Origin: Gemmatimonas aurantiaca
Lineage (GTDB): Bacteria > Gemmatimonadota > Gemmatimonadetes > Gemmatimonadales > Gemmatimonadaceae
Direction of reading: 5' to 3'
Assembly: GCA_044463985.1 (NCBI GenBank)
Contig: JBIQLU010000004.1
Location: 1 to 48,115, forward strand
DNA length: 48,115 nt
This document shows positions 16,465-25,418 of this stretch, one piece after another (within the stretch, counting starts at the first letter, position 1; each line of letters begins with the position of its first letter). A program made the translations under genes and the position numbers. Below the pieces are notes generated by a model that saw only the letters and a program-made list of their open reading frames with translations, had not been told where the DNA came from and made no database searches.

Positions 16465-19400
16465 GATGCCTCGATTGCCGCGGTCATGGCCGTGGCCAGT
16501 TCTGGCCCGGCAATCACGTCCCTTCCAGCCTCGCTCTTCCGGCGAACGGCTCGCCAACGCTCGAGCGCAAGGTACATCGACGGAAGCACGAAGAGCGTGA
16601 GGAAGGTGCTCGTCACCAGACCTCCGATTACCACGCTCGCGAGGGGGCGCTGAACCTCCGAGCCGGGGCTCGTGGAGAGCGCCATCGGCACGAAGCCGAG
16701 GCTCGCCACGAGCGCCGTCATCAGCACGGGGCGCAGGCGGTCGGCGGCGCCGGCGATCACCGCGTCTCGGAGATCACCAATGCCCGTACGCAACTCGTTC
16801 AGGTGCGTGACCAGAACCAGTCCGTTCAACACGGCGACACCGAAGAGAGCGATGAACCCGATGCTCGCCGAGAGACTGAGATGGAGCCCGCGAAGCCAGA
16901 GCATGGCCACTCCTCCCACGAGGGCGAATGGAACGTTCGCGAGCACCAGCAGCGACAGCGGCACTGAGCGGAACGACGCGAAGAGCAGCAGGTAGATCAG
17001 CACGAGCGCGAGCGGCACGACTACCATCAGCCGTTGCATGGCGCGCTGCTGGTTTTCATACTGCCCGCCCCACTCGAGGAACATCCCCGCAGGAAGAGTA
17101 ACCTGCTCGGCCACGCGCCGGCGAACGTCGTTCACGAAGCCGCCCAGATCGCGCCCGCGCACATTGCTGAATACCAGCGCGCGGCGCTGCGCATCCTCGT
17201 GGCCTACGAGGGCCGGCCCGGTTCCGGACACGAAATCCACCACGGCGCCGAGCGGCACCAGCTCGCCTCCACTGGAGCGCACCGTGAGTCGCTCGAGGAG
17301 TGCCGGGTCATTTCGAATGCTCTCGGGTAGGCGCACTACCACGTCCATGCGGCGCGGACCGTCCACCATCTCGGTCGCAACGCGCGCTCCTGCAGAGAGT
17401 TCGATTGCGCTTCGGACTTCATCGACGGAGAGGCCGTAGCGCGCGAGTTCGTCGCGCTTCACCTCCATCCTGATCTGTCCCGTCCCTTCGCCCACCTCCA
17501 TTCCCACGTCGGCGGCTCCGGGCGTGGCCGCCACCACGCGACGTATCTTCTCGGCATGGAGCTGGTTCTGATCGATGTCGGGGCCAACGACCTTGATGCC
17601 CAGGTCGGTCTTGATGCCGCTTTCCGCTTCGTCCAGTCGCATCGCGAGCGGCTGCGTGAACGAAACGCGGAGCCCTGGAACCACGGCGAGCGCCGAGTCG
17701 AATGCCGATACGAGCCCATCATGCGTGCGCGCCGTGGTCCACTCGCTTCGCGGGCGGAGGATGACGTACATGTCGCCCTCGTACAATCCCATCGCCTCGG
17801 TGGCGAGATCCGGACGTCCCTCCTTGGTCACCACCGTCGTCACCTCGGGGAAGCCCCGCACGATTCGCTCCGCCTCGCTCGAGAGATGCGTGGCTTCTGC
17901 CAGCGAGATGCTCGGCGATCGGAGCGTGTTGATCAGAATGGATCCCTCATCGAGTCGTGGCATGAACTCGGTGCCGATGCGTGTGAGCCCGAACAGCGCG
18001 ATGCCGAGCGCCAGCGCGGCGGCGCTCACCACGAGCGCGGTGCGCTCCAGCGTCCAGCCGAGCGCGCGCGAGTAGCGTATGCGCAGAGCTTCCATCCATC
18101 GACCCGGCTGCTCGTGCGTATGCCGCAGGAGTAGCGACGAGATGGACGGTACGTACGTGAGTGCCAGGAGCAGCGATCCGAGTACCGCCACCACGACCGT
18201 GAAGGCCATCGGGATGAACATCCGACCCTCCATCCCATCCAGCGTGAAGATCGGGATGTAGACCGCCATGATGATCGCTATCCCGAAGAGGATGGGCCGC
18301 GCCACTTCCAATGCCGCGCGGTGAAACGCTCCTGTGCCGCTGGCCGCCGGGTTGTCCTCCAGCTTGCGAATGAAGTTTTCGACCAGTACCACCGAGGCGT
18401 CTACGATCAGCCCGAAGTCGAGCGCACCGAGGCTCATGAGATTCGCGGAATAGCCGAAGATGTACATGCCGGTGAACGCGAAGAGCATGGATAGCGGAAT
18501 CACCGAAGCCACGATCAACGATGCACGCAGGTTGCGCAGGAAGAGGAAGAGCACCGCGATCACCAGTAGCCCGCCCTCCACGAGGTTCTTCACGATCGTG
18601 TGCGTGGTGCGGCTGACCAATTCCGTCTGGTCGTAGAATGGGGTGATGCGCACGCTGGTCGGAAGCGAGCTCTCGATCTCCGCCATGCGTGTCTTTACGC
18701 GCTCGATCACGCGGCGGCTGTCCGCGCCCTTGAGCTTCAGCACCATTCCGCTCACGACCTCGCCATGCCCGTCCTGTGTCACTGCTCCCTCGCGCGGGAG
18801 AGCACCGAGACGAACCGTGCCCACGTCGCCGATTCGTACGGGCGTGCCGTTGGCAGCCGTGATCGCCACACGCGCGACCTCTTCGGCGGAGGCGACGCGT
18901 CCCAGTCCTCGCAGCGTGTAGCGCTCGCCGGCGCGCTCGATGTAGCTGCCGCCGAAGCTGGTGTTGTTGCGCTGCAACGCGGCGTGCACGTCATCGAGGG
19001 TCAGGCCGTACGACGCAAGCCGCACCGGATCGGCTTCCACCTGAAGCTGGTTTATGTAGCCGCCCCACGAATTCACCTCCGAGACGCCCGGAACCGTGCG
19101 AAGACGCGGGCGGATGGTGTAGTCGTGCAGTGTCTTCAGCTCGTACAGCGAGAGTGAATCGCTGGTGACCGTGTACTGATACAGCTCGCCCATCGGGGTG
19201 GAGACTGGCCCCATGACGGGCTCGATCCCGGAAGGGAGCGTCCGGGTGACTTCTGCGAGACGCTGCTGTACCAGCGTGCGCGCGAAGTAGATATCCATCT
19301 TGTCGGCGAAGGGCACCGTGATCATCGAGAGCCCGTACTTCGAGATGGAGCGCACGCGTCCCGCGTCCTGTAGCCCCATGAGCGACCACTCCACCGGGTA

Positions 19401-19598
19401 GGTAACGAGCCGTTCCACCTCATCCGGTGCAAGTCCAGGCGCCTCGGTTATGACCTCCACTGTCGTGCCAGTGAGGTCGGGATATGCGTCGAACGGCAGG
19501 CGATTCATGGCCAGCACGCCGACGATAACGAGCGTGAGCACTCCACCGAGCACGAACACACGCTGCCGGAGTGCGAACGAGATCAACTTGTTCGACAT
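16461..19598 (-). CDS. czcA: CusA/CzcA family heavy-metal efflux RND transporter, divalent-cation type
   Basis: A 1045-aa ORF with a 12-TM RND architecture. TM4 carries LDFGLIVDASVVLVEN, close to the DFG-DGA-VEN signature of divalent-cation HME-RND pumps. Confidence 0.93.
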   Translation of the reverse strand: MSNKLISFALRQRVFVLGGVLTLVIVGVLAMNRLPFDAYPDLTGTTVEVITEAPGLAPDEVERLVTYPVEWSLMGLQDAGRVRSISKYGLSMITVPFADKMDIYFARTLVQQRLAEVTRTLPSGIEPVMGPVSTPMGELYQYTVTSDSLSLYELKTLHDYTIRPRLRTVPGVSEVNSWGGYINQLQVEADPVRLASYGLTLDDVHAALQRNNTSFGGSYIERAGERYTLRGLGRVASAEEVARVAITAANGTPVRIGDVGTVRLGALPREGAVTQDGHGEVVSGMVLKLKGADSRRVIERVKTRMAEIESSLPTSVRITPFYDQTELVSRTTHTIVKNLVEGGLLVIAVLFLFLRNLRASLIVASVIPLSMLFAFTGMYIFGYSANLMSLGALDFGLIVDASVVLVENFIRKLEDNPAASGTGAFHRAALEVARPILFGIAIIMAVYIPIFTLDGMEGRMFIPMAFTVVVAVLGSLLLALTYVPSISSLLLRHTHEQPGRWMEALRIRYSRALGWTLERTALVVSAAALALGIALFGLTRIGTEFMPRLDEGSILINTLRSPSISLAEATHLSSEAERIVRGFPEVTTVVTKEGRPDLATEAMGLYEGDMYVILRPRSEWTTARTHDGLVSAFDSALAVVPGLRVSFTQPLAMRLDEAESGIKTDLGIKVVGPDIDQNQLHAEKIRRVVAATPGAADVGMEVGEGTGQIRMEVKRDELARYGLSVDEVRSAIELSAGARVATEMVDGPRRMDVVVRLPESIRNDPALLERLTVRSSGGELVPLGAVVDFVSGTGPALVGHEDAQRRALVFSNVRGRDLGGFVNDVRRRVAEQVTLPAGMFLEWGGQYENQQRAMQRLMVVVPLALVLIYLLLFASFRSVPLSLLVLANVPFALVGGVAMLWLRGLHLSLSASIGFIALFGVAVLNGLVLVTHLNELRTGIGDLRDAVIAGAADRLRPVLMTALVASLGFVPMALSTSPGSEVQRPLASVVIGGLVTSTFLTLFVLPSMYLALERWRAVRRKSEAGRDVIAGPELATAMTAAIEAS

Positions 19599-20810
19599 CT
19601 ACTGATCCTCCGCTCTCGAGACGCGGAGGATTTCGGCTCGCGCTATGGACGCACCGGTCGTTACGACCAGCATTCCCTCGCTCACTCCTTCGAGCACTTC
19701 CGCCAGCACCGCTGTGCGTCGACCGATGCGGACCGGCAGTGCCTCGATGTGCAGTCCCGACCCGCGCCGTGAAGCGGCGATCACGACCGTGTCTCCCTCG
19801 AGCGCCTGAACCGCGCTGGCGGGAATCGTGAGGACCTCTTCGGCTGCCTCACCCGCCAGCACCACGGTCGCGAACATTTCGGGGCGCAGCTCTGCCGATG
19901 GGTTGGCTACCGTTGCCACGATCTCCAGAGTGCGGGTGCGCGGATCGAGTGCGGGCGCTACGCGAGTCACGCGCCCCTCGAAGTCGCGCCCCGGATGTGC
20001 GCGAACGCTGAAGTGGAGCGGTACGCCCGGCATGACGCTCGCCACTGCCTCCTCCGGCGCCTGGATGACGAGGACCAGAGAGTTCGTTTTGCTGACCGTT
20101 ACGAGCGGCGTGCCAGCGCTCACTACCTGTCCCGGTTCTACGGCACGCGTGACCACGACTCCATTCATGGGTGAGCGGATCGATGATTCCTGGGAGAGCG
20201 CGCCGTCTGATGAGCCCCCCATTTGCGCATACGCTGCGCGCGCGCGCTGAAGCTCGGCAGCGAGTCGTGTATGCGAAGCTTCGGCGACCGTCCTGGCGGC
20301 ACGCTCGCGCTCGAGGTCCGCGAGGGAGGCCGCCTTCGCGGCATAGAGCCGTTCGGTGCGCGCCGCACTCGAAGTCGCGACGCGGAGGCCGCTCTCCCCG
20401 ATAATCAGCGATGCTTCGGCATCCACCAGTGCCTGCCGTGCATCGAGTAGTTGCGGCGAGTTGATCGCCACCAGAAGTTGACCCGCGCGCACCGGCTCGC
20501 CGGGTTGGACGAGCACGCGGCTCACGCGCCCCTCCACCAGAGAACCGATGGCCTGCGTCCCCTGCGGATCGAAAGCGAGACGAGCTGGCACCGTCCACTC
20601 ATCGCGCCACGCGGAACGCGTAACGCGAACGGTGTCTATTCTGGCAACGGCGGCTGCTTGCGCGCCGAGGAGCGCGGTGTCGGGCGCTGGTGCGGCCACC
20701 ATACCGGCGCTCACCATTTCCACCACCTGCTCATTCTTCGCGCCTGCACAGGCGAGTGCGCCGAGCAGGATCGCGCTGGCATTCGCGGCCAGCGCAACGT
20801 GCCTTCTCAT
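19599..20810 (-). CDS. czcB: Efflux RND periplasmic adaptor subunit (CzcB-like), lipoprotein
   Basis: ORF 19599..20882. ATG 20810 follows GAGGAGGGG and overlaps the upstream stop as ATGA. The signal is MRRHVALAANASAILLGALAC. The protein has coiled-coil and beta-barrel MFP regions. Its stop directly abuts the czcA ATG. Confidence 0.9.
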   Translation of the reverse strand: MRRHVALAANASAILLGALACAGAKNEQVVEMVSAGMVAAPAPDTALLGAQAAAVARIDTVRVTRSAWRDEWTVPARLAFDPQGTQAIGSLVEGRVSRVLVQPGEPVRAGQLLVAINSPQLLDARQALVDAEASLIIGESGLRVATSSAARTERLYAAKAASLADLERERAARTVAEASHTRLAAELQRARAAYAQMGGSSDGALSQESSIRSPMNGVVVTRAVEPGQVVSAGTPLVTVSKTNSLVLVIQAPEEAVASVMPGVPLHFSVRAHPGRDFEGRVTRVAPALDPRTRTLEIVATVANPSAELRPEMFATVVLAGEAAEEVLTIPASAVQALEGDTVVIAASRRGSGLHIEALPVRIGRRTAVLAEVLEGVSEGMLVVTTGASIARAEILRVSRAEDQ

Positions 20811-22030
20811 AACCCCTCCTCGATCGGCGCGCCAAGCGCGCGGTTCACTTCCATTCGTGCGAGTGCGACGTCCGCCGACCATCGTGCGAGCGCTGCGCGG
20901 AAGTCAGCGTGAGCGCGCTCGGCATCCAGCAGTTCCATGAGGGGGATCGCTCCCTCGCGATACGACGCTTCGGCAATCCGTGCTACCTCGGCACCGCCAC
21001 CCGCGAGCGCCGCAGTACCCGCCGGCCTCGCGGCGTAGAGCTCGCGGTAGGCGAGCAGGCTGCCGGCCACGTCGCTGCTCAGGCGATCTCGCTCGGTGCG
21101 CAGCTCGGCTTCCGCAACCTGCAGTTCGCCGCGCGCACGCTGTCGCGCGCCGCTCGCTCGGTCGAAGATCGGGAGCCCGATCGAAATCGCCGCTACTCCC
21201 GTGTCGTAGCCGCCAGTGCGCTTGGCGCCGAGTTGCACGCCTGCATCGGGGAGCGTCGCGCGCCACTCCGCGCTCACCATGCTCCGCGCGGCGGCGACTC
21301 GCCTCTCGGCTGCGGCGATTTCGGGTCGGTGGCGCATCGCCAGATCCACCGCCTCCTCCACCGTGAGGAGCCGCTCGATGGGAGTCGGCCCGGCGGAAAG
21401 CGCCGCCGCGCCCACGGCGTCCGGCGCCGCGCCCATCGCAAATGCGAGCGCTGCTCGCGATCTCTCGACATCCGCTAGAGCGCTCGCCAGCTCGAGCTGC
21501 GCACGATCGGACTCGAGTCGAGTGCGGACCGCCACGCCCTCGGCGACGGCACCTTCCCTGAAGCGCCTTGCCTCGAATTCCGACATCCCCCGCAGCGCTC
21601 GGGCACGGTCTGCAGCGATTGACGCGAGCTCGTTGGCGAGCGCGGACTGCAGGTAGGCAATGGTGACCGTCACATCGAGCCTGCGAGCCGCGACCGCGGA
21701 ATCGGCTACTGCCGCCGCAACCGCGTCGCGGCCCGCCGAGCGGAGAGCATTGCGCCGCATCATCAGGTCCAGCGGGATCGTCACGGTCGCGTAGTCATCA
21801 TTCGCGATGGGGCTGTTCCAGTGCTCGCGACGGAGCTCCACAACGGGATTCGGGAACGCGGAGAGCTGTCGTGCGGAACCGGTAGCGGTCTTGACGCGTC
21901 CCGACGCCGCCGGGAGCGCGGGGGAGTGCACCCTCGCCGCGGCAAGTGCATCGCGCAGCGTCAGAGTCCTCGACTGCGCGCCGGCCGGCGCCGCGATCAG
22001 CAGCGCGAGCAGAACGCAAGCGTATCTCAT
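20807..22030 (-). CDS. czcC: TolC family outer membrane efflux protein (CzcC-like)
   Basis: ORF 20807..22063, starting at ATG 22030 (MRYACVLLALLIAAPAGAQS). It shows the LTLRDALAAA motif and a two-repeat OEP architecture. Confidence 0.85.
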   Translation of the reverse strand: MRYACVLLALLIAAPAGAQSRTLTLRDALAAARVHSPALPAASGRVKTATGSARQLSAFPNPVVELRREHWNSPIANDDYATVTIPLDLMMRRNALRSAGRDAVAAAVADSAVAARRLDVTVTIAYLQSALANELASIAADRARALRGMSEFEARRFREGAVAEGVAVRTRLESDRAQLELASALADVERSRAALAFAMGAAPDAVGAAALSAGPTPIERLLTVEEAVDLAMRHRPEIAAAERRVAAARSMVSAEWRATLPDAGVQLGAKRTGGYDTGVAAISIGLPIFDRASGARQRARGELQVAEAELRTERDRLSSDVAGSLLAYRELYAARPAGTAALAGGGAEVARIAEASYREGAIPLMELLDAERAHADFRAALARWSADVALARMEVNRALGAPIEEGL

Positions 22031-22070
22031 GATGAACAATCTGAGAGCCGAAGATGAACACACTGTGAAC
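22031..22070 (-). promoter_or_regulatory. Three phased (GA)TGAAC boxes, which read GTTCA(TC) on the coding strand, immediately upstream of czcC; candidate response-regulator sites
   Basis: GATGAAC at 22031-22037 and 22053-22059, and GTGAAC at 22065-22070. The offsets of 22 and 11 bp keep them in helical phase. The distal two boxes are enclosed by the 7-bp stem GAGAGCC (22043-22049) / GGCTCTC (22074-22080). Confidence 0.3.
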
Positions 22071-22092
22071 GCGGGCTCTCGCCTGCGACAGC

Positions 22093-23481
22093 TCAGGGGC
22101 GTGCGTGCGCTTCCGGCGCAACTGCCGCTGGAAAAGCCACGCGGAAACAGCTCCCGGTGCCGGATGGGGCTGTGTCGATCTCGAGCCGCGCACCGTGTTC
22201 GCGCGCGATGGTCTGCGCGATGGCGAGTCCCAGGCCGCTTCCATCGGGGCGGAGCGCACGAGCGGACGCACCACGGTAGAAACGCTCGAAGATCCGGTCG
22301 CGCTCGCTCTCGGCGATTCCCACACCGCTGTCGCAGACCTCGAGAACTGCTTCGCCGTTCGGACGCCGGCTGACCAGCACGCGCACCCTTCCGCCAGCTG
22401 GCGTATAGCGGATGGCGTTGTCGACCAGTACGCCGAGAAGCCTGCTCAGGTGCTCGGCGTCGAAGCGCGCCGGTGCTTCATCGAGCACGGGAAGATCGAG
22501 ATGTACACCACCGCGAGCGGCCATGGCGAACCACGGTCTGATCGCCTCGGAGATGGCGTCGTCCAGGTAGCCGATGGCAAGCGGCGGCGTGGGTTCCCCA
22601 GCGTCTGCGCGCGCGAGATGGAGAAGCTCACTCACCAGATCTCCCGTACGGCGCAGGTCATCCTTCAGGAGCAGGAGAGTATCGCGGGGCGGCGGTACGC
22701 AAAGGTCGCCGGCGGCCAATGCGACACGATCGGCTGAGAGGAGCTCTTCCACCTCGGCGAGCATCCTTGCCACGGGAGTGCGCAGCTCGTGCGCGGCAGC
22801 GGCCAGGAATGCGCGCTGCTGTGAAAGTGCGTCCTCGAGGTTGTCTACTAGAGCGTTGAACCGTGTAGCGAGGCGGCCCAGCTCATCGCGCGGGTTGGCG
22901 ACCGGGATGCGCACACCGCCTGCGCCCGCGCTCGACGCTTCGGCGGCCGCGGCCATCGCACCCACGGGTCGCAGCGTTCGTCCTGTGAGCCACCATCCGG
23001 CGAGCGCGGCGAGAACGACAGATAGAGGGATCACGAGCATGAGCGACTGGTCGATTCGGGAGAGTGATGCGTCGAGCCGCGCTCTGCTCGCTCTCGCTCG
23101 AAGCCGCCATCCCGGAGCCAGCTCCGGATCGAGGAGTCGGATGGATGTCACGATAGGGCCGTTCAGCCGTTCTTCACTCGTGGCGACCGACGCCGTGGGC
23201 GACGTGATGTACACCGCTCCGTCGGGCCGGATGAAGTCGAGTGCCATATCGGGAGTGATGATCTCCGAAGCAATGTGCGCCACGGTGCCCTCGATGGTCA
23301 CGTACTCCGCGACCTCGGTCCGAAAGAAGCCATGCACAAGATCGGTGGAACGCGCCACGCTCCGCTCGAAGTCCTGCTCGATCGCGGCGCGCAGGGCCGC
23401 GCGAAGGAGGAGGCCCGTGACCAGGAAGAGCGTGAGCACACTCGCCGCGTACCAGATCGTGAGTCGAAGCCGGATGGTCAT
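22093..23481 (-). CDS. Two-component sensor histidine kinase (two TM segments, periplasmic loop, HAMP, HisKA, HATPase)
   Basis: TM1 is LTIWYAASVLTLFLVTGLLL and TM2 is LMLVIPLSVVLAALAGWW. The H-box is AAAHELRTPV. G-boxes are DSGVGI and GSGLGLAI. The start overlaps the regulator stop as ATGA. Confidence 0.9.
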   Translation of the reverse strand: MTIRLRLTIWYAASVLTLFLVTGLLLRAALRAAIEQDFERSVARSTDLVHGFFRTEVAEYVTIEGTVAHIASEIITPDMALDFIRPDGAVYITSPTASVATSEERLNGPIVTSIRLLDPELAPGWRLRARASRARLDASLSRIDQSLMLVIPLSVVLAALAGWWLTGRTLRPVGAMAAAAEASSAGAGGVRIPVANPRDELGRLATRFNALVDNLEDALSQQRAFLAAAAHELRTPVARMLAEVEELLSADRVALAAGDLCVPPPRDTLLLLKDDLRRTGDLVSELLHLARADAGEPTPPLAIGYLDDAISEAIRPWFAMAARGGVHLDLPVLDEAPARFDAEHLSRLLGVLVDNAIRYTPAGGRVRVLVSRRPNGEAVLEVCDSGVGIAESERDRIFERFYRGASARALRPDGSGLGLAIAQTIAREHGARLEIDTAPSGTGSCFRVAFPAAVAPEAHARP

Positions 23482-24167
23482 CGCACCAGTGGCTTGCGCG
23501 GTTCCGAGAGTCTGTAGCCCGCTCCGCGCACGGTCTCGATGAGTGCCGCTCTTCCCGGAGCATCCACCTTCCGTCGCAGCCGGGCCACGTAGACATCTAT
23601 GACGTTGCTGAAGGGGTCGTAGTTCGCGTCCCAGGCGTGCTCACTTATCTGCTCGCGCGTGAGCACGCGCCCCGCGTTGCGCATCATGTACTCCAGGACC
23701 ATGAATTCCTTGGTGGTGAGAGCGATGCCGCGTTCACCACGGCGCGCGATCCGCGTCGTCGTATCCAGCTCGAGGTCGGCAACTCGGTGGACAGTGGCGA
23801 GCGATGTATCCGGACGGCGGAGTAGCGCCCTGAGCCTCGCGATCAACTCCTGTACCGAGTACGGTTTGACGACGTAGTCATCCGCTCCCATATCCAGGCC
23901 GGCTATTCGGTCGGCGACTCCGTCGCGCGCCGTGGCCATGATGATCCTTGCCGGCGTGCGGCGCTCCCGGATCTGGCGACAGAGCTCCACCCCATCGATG
24001 TCCGGGAGCTGCAGGTCCAGGACGATGGCGTCGTACGGCGAGATGGCGCTCTCCCGCAGCGCATCTTCACCGCGGGTTACACTGTCCACGGCGAAACCCG
24101 CCTGGCGGAGCTGGCTGGCCACGCTCGATGCCAGGCGATCATCGTCCTCCACCAGCAGAACGCGCAT
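23478..24167 (-). CDS. OmpR/PhoB-family response regulator transcription factor
   Basis: This is the 3' part of ORF 23478..24416, starting at ATG 24167 (MRVLLVEDDD). The receiver has DAIVLDLQLPDIDG and a Lys in YVVKP. The C-terminal winged helix is LTTKEFMVLEYMM...GAGYRL. Confidence 0.9.
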   Translation of the reverse strand: MRVLLVEDDDRLASSVASQLRQAGFAVDSVTRGEDALRESAISPYDAIVLDLQLPDIDGVELCRQIRERRTPARIIMATARDGVADRIAGLDMGADDYVVKPYSVQELIARLRALLRRPDTSLATVHRVADLELDTTTRIARRGERGIALTTKEFMVLEYMMRNAGRVLTREQISEHAWDANYDPFSNVIDVYVARLRRKVDAPGRAALIETVRGAGYRLSEPRKPLVR

Positions 24168-24171
24168 CTGC

Positions 24172-24711
24172 TCAGGGCTCGCGCGCTCTTCGCTCAGCCA
24201 GCCCGCGCTCCCCGTCATCGCTGTTGGCCGGGTCGGTACGCGCCGCACTCGCTGCCATCGGCGTGGCGCTGCCGGTGATCTCCGGGTGGCGGATCTTGCC
24301 GCCCTGATTAGCCGTGCGCGCCATTGCTCCCGCTGGCACGAGCGCGATCGCGAGAGCCAGCGTGACGAGTCTGCGCGGGAACTCGGCGGCGTGCTTACGC
24401 AAATGGAAGAGCGCACCGAGCGCGAAGATGCCGTAGATGCCGAGTATCACGGTCGCGAGTTCGGCCGCTTCCTCGTGAGCATGGATCATCTGCCGGTCGA
24501 TGCCGGCGATCTTCTCCACCGCGTGTTCCGCAGGCTCTCCGGTGAAATACGCGGCCAGTCCCGCGAACGCCGCTACGACGAAGAGGCCAAGCGCAGCGCG
24601 CCCCACCTCGATGTTCCTGCGGAACAACGACCAGGCCAGCAGCAGGATCGCGAAGAGCGATCCGATCACCGGAAGATGATTGAGCAGCAGGTGCAGGTGT
24701 ACGCCATTCAT
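24172..24711 (-). CDS. Uncharacterised His-rich integral membrane protein (4 predicted TM segments, DUF2231-like topology)
   Basis: ATG 24711 follows GGAG. The four hydrophobic segments are LPVIGSLFAILLLAW, ALGLFVVAAFAGLAAYF, LATVILGIYGIFALGALF and LVTLALAIALVPAGA. Conserved-looking His motifs are VHLHLLLNH, EPAEHAVE, IHAHEE and GGKIRHPEI. The stop is 4 nt before the regulator ATG. Confidence 0.65.
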   Translation of the reverse strand: MNGVHLHLLLNHLPVIGSLFAILLLAWSLFRRNIEVGRAALGLFVVAAFAGLAAYFTGEPAEHAVEKIAGIDRQMIHAHEEAAELATVILGIYGIFALGALFHLRKHAAEFPRRLVTLALAIALVPAGAMARTANQGGKIRHPEITGSATPMAASAARTDPANSDDGERGLAERRAREP

Positions 24712-24879
24712 TTATACGCTCCGGGTCGACCGACTGCGCGGTGCGCCCGCGCCGGCGCCGGTCGCACCGCGGCCGGATTGCTGCGATTCAGATTAGCGCC
24801 CGGAGATGAATGCACCGTTAACGCGGCGGCCCCGCTGATGATTAGCGCGCAACTGGTGCTTCGGGCCGGGTTGCGCTAT

Positions 24880-25320
24880 TCACTCCTTCACTTCCAGTTC
24901 TCCCACCATCCCCAGCAGAGCGTGTGGGTCGCACTGGAAGTAGTACTCCCCGGGAGCCAGGTTCACGACGAGGTCGTATGTCTGCCCCGGGAGCTGGAGA
25001 AAGTCGCTCATCGGTGGAAGGTTGCTCTTTCCGGGGTTCGAGTCGGGAAGGAAGTGCACGTTGTGAACGCCGCTCGTGAGCGTGAAGCGAACCAGGTCGC
25101 CCTTCCTTGCGTGTATCTCCTTCGGCTGGAAGTGACTCCCCGTCTCGTCAGTGATCATCTCCACGATGATGGTGTCGCCCGTCGGAGCTGGCGCCTCGCT
25201 CGCACTCGGCGTCGAAGCTGCTCCATTGCTGCCGGTCACCTGCTTGTTCGCATCGCCCGAGCAGGCGACCACCAGCATGGCGGCCATCGCGACTCCGACT
25301 GCACTCGATACGAATCTCAT
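24880..25320 (-). CDS. Plastocyanin/azurin-family type-1 copper protein (cupredoxin), lipoprotein
   Basis: This is the 3' part of ORF 24880..25419. ATG 25320 follows AGGAGAAG. The lipobox is MLVVAC. The type-1 Cu ligand pattern is HNVHF ... C-DP-H-ALLG-M (C-X2-H-X4-M). Confidence 0.85.
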   Translation of the reverse strand: MRFVSSAVGVAMAAMLVVACSGDANKQVTGSNGAASTPSASEAPAPTGDTIIVEMITDETGSHFQPKEIHARKGDLVRFTLTSGVHNVHFLPDSNPGKSNLPPMSDFLQLPGQTYDLVVNLAPGEYYFQCDPHALLGMVGELEVKE

Positions 25321-25418
25321 CACGCTTCTCCTGGTATGTACGCTGTGTGTCATGATGTCCCGGTGATGCGGGGCGGCCGGCGCCGTCCCGTGCTGTCCGG
25401 CACTTGGCGGCCGGAGCA

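Noticed and set aside
24168-24416. N-terminal extensions of the response regulator (to 24416), NosZ (31398-31511), the BON protein (10953-11183), NosL (28736-29161) and the M20 amidohydrolase (47267-47647)
   Set aside because: The extensions overlap upstream genes or intergenic promoters and are Arg/Pro-rich. Each precedes an internal start that has an RBS and/or a proper signal peptide or domain boundary.
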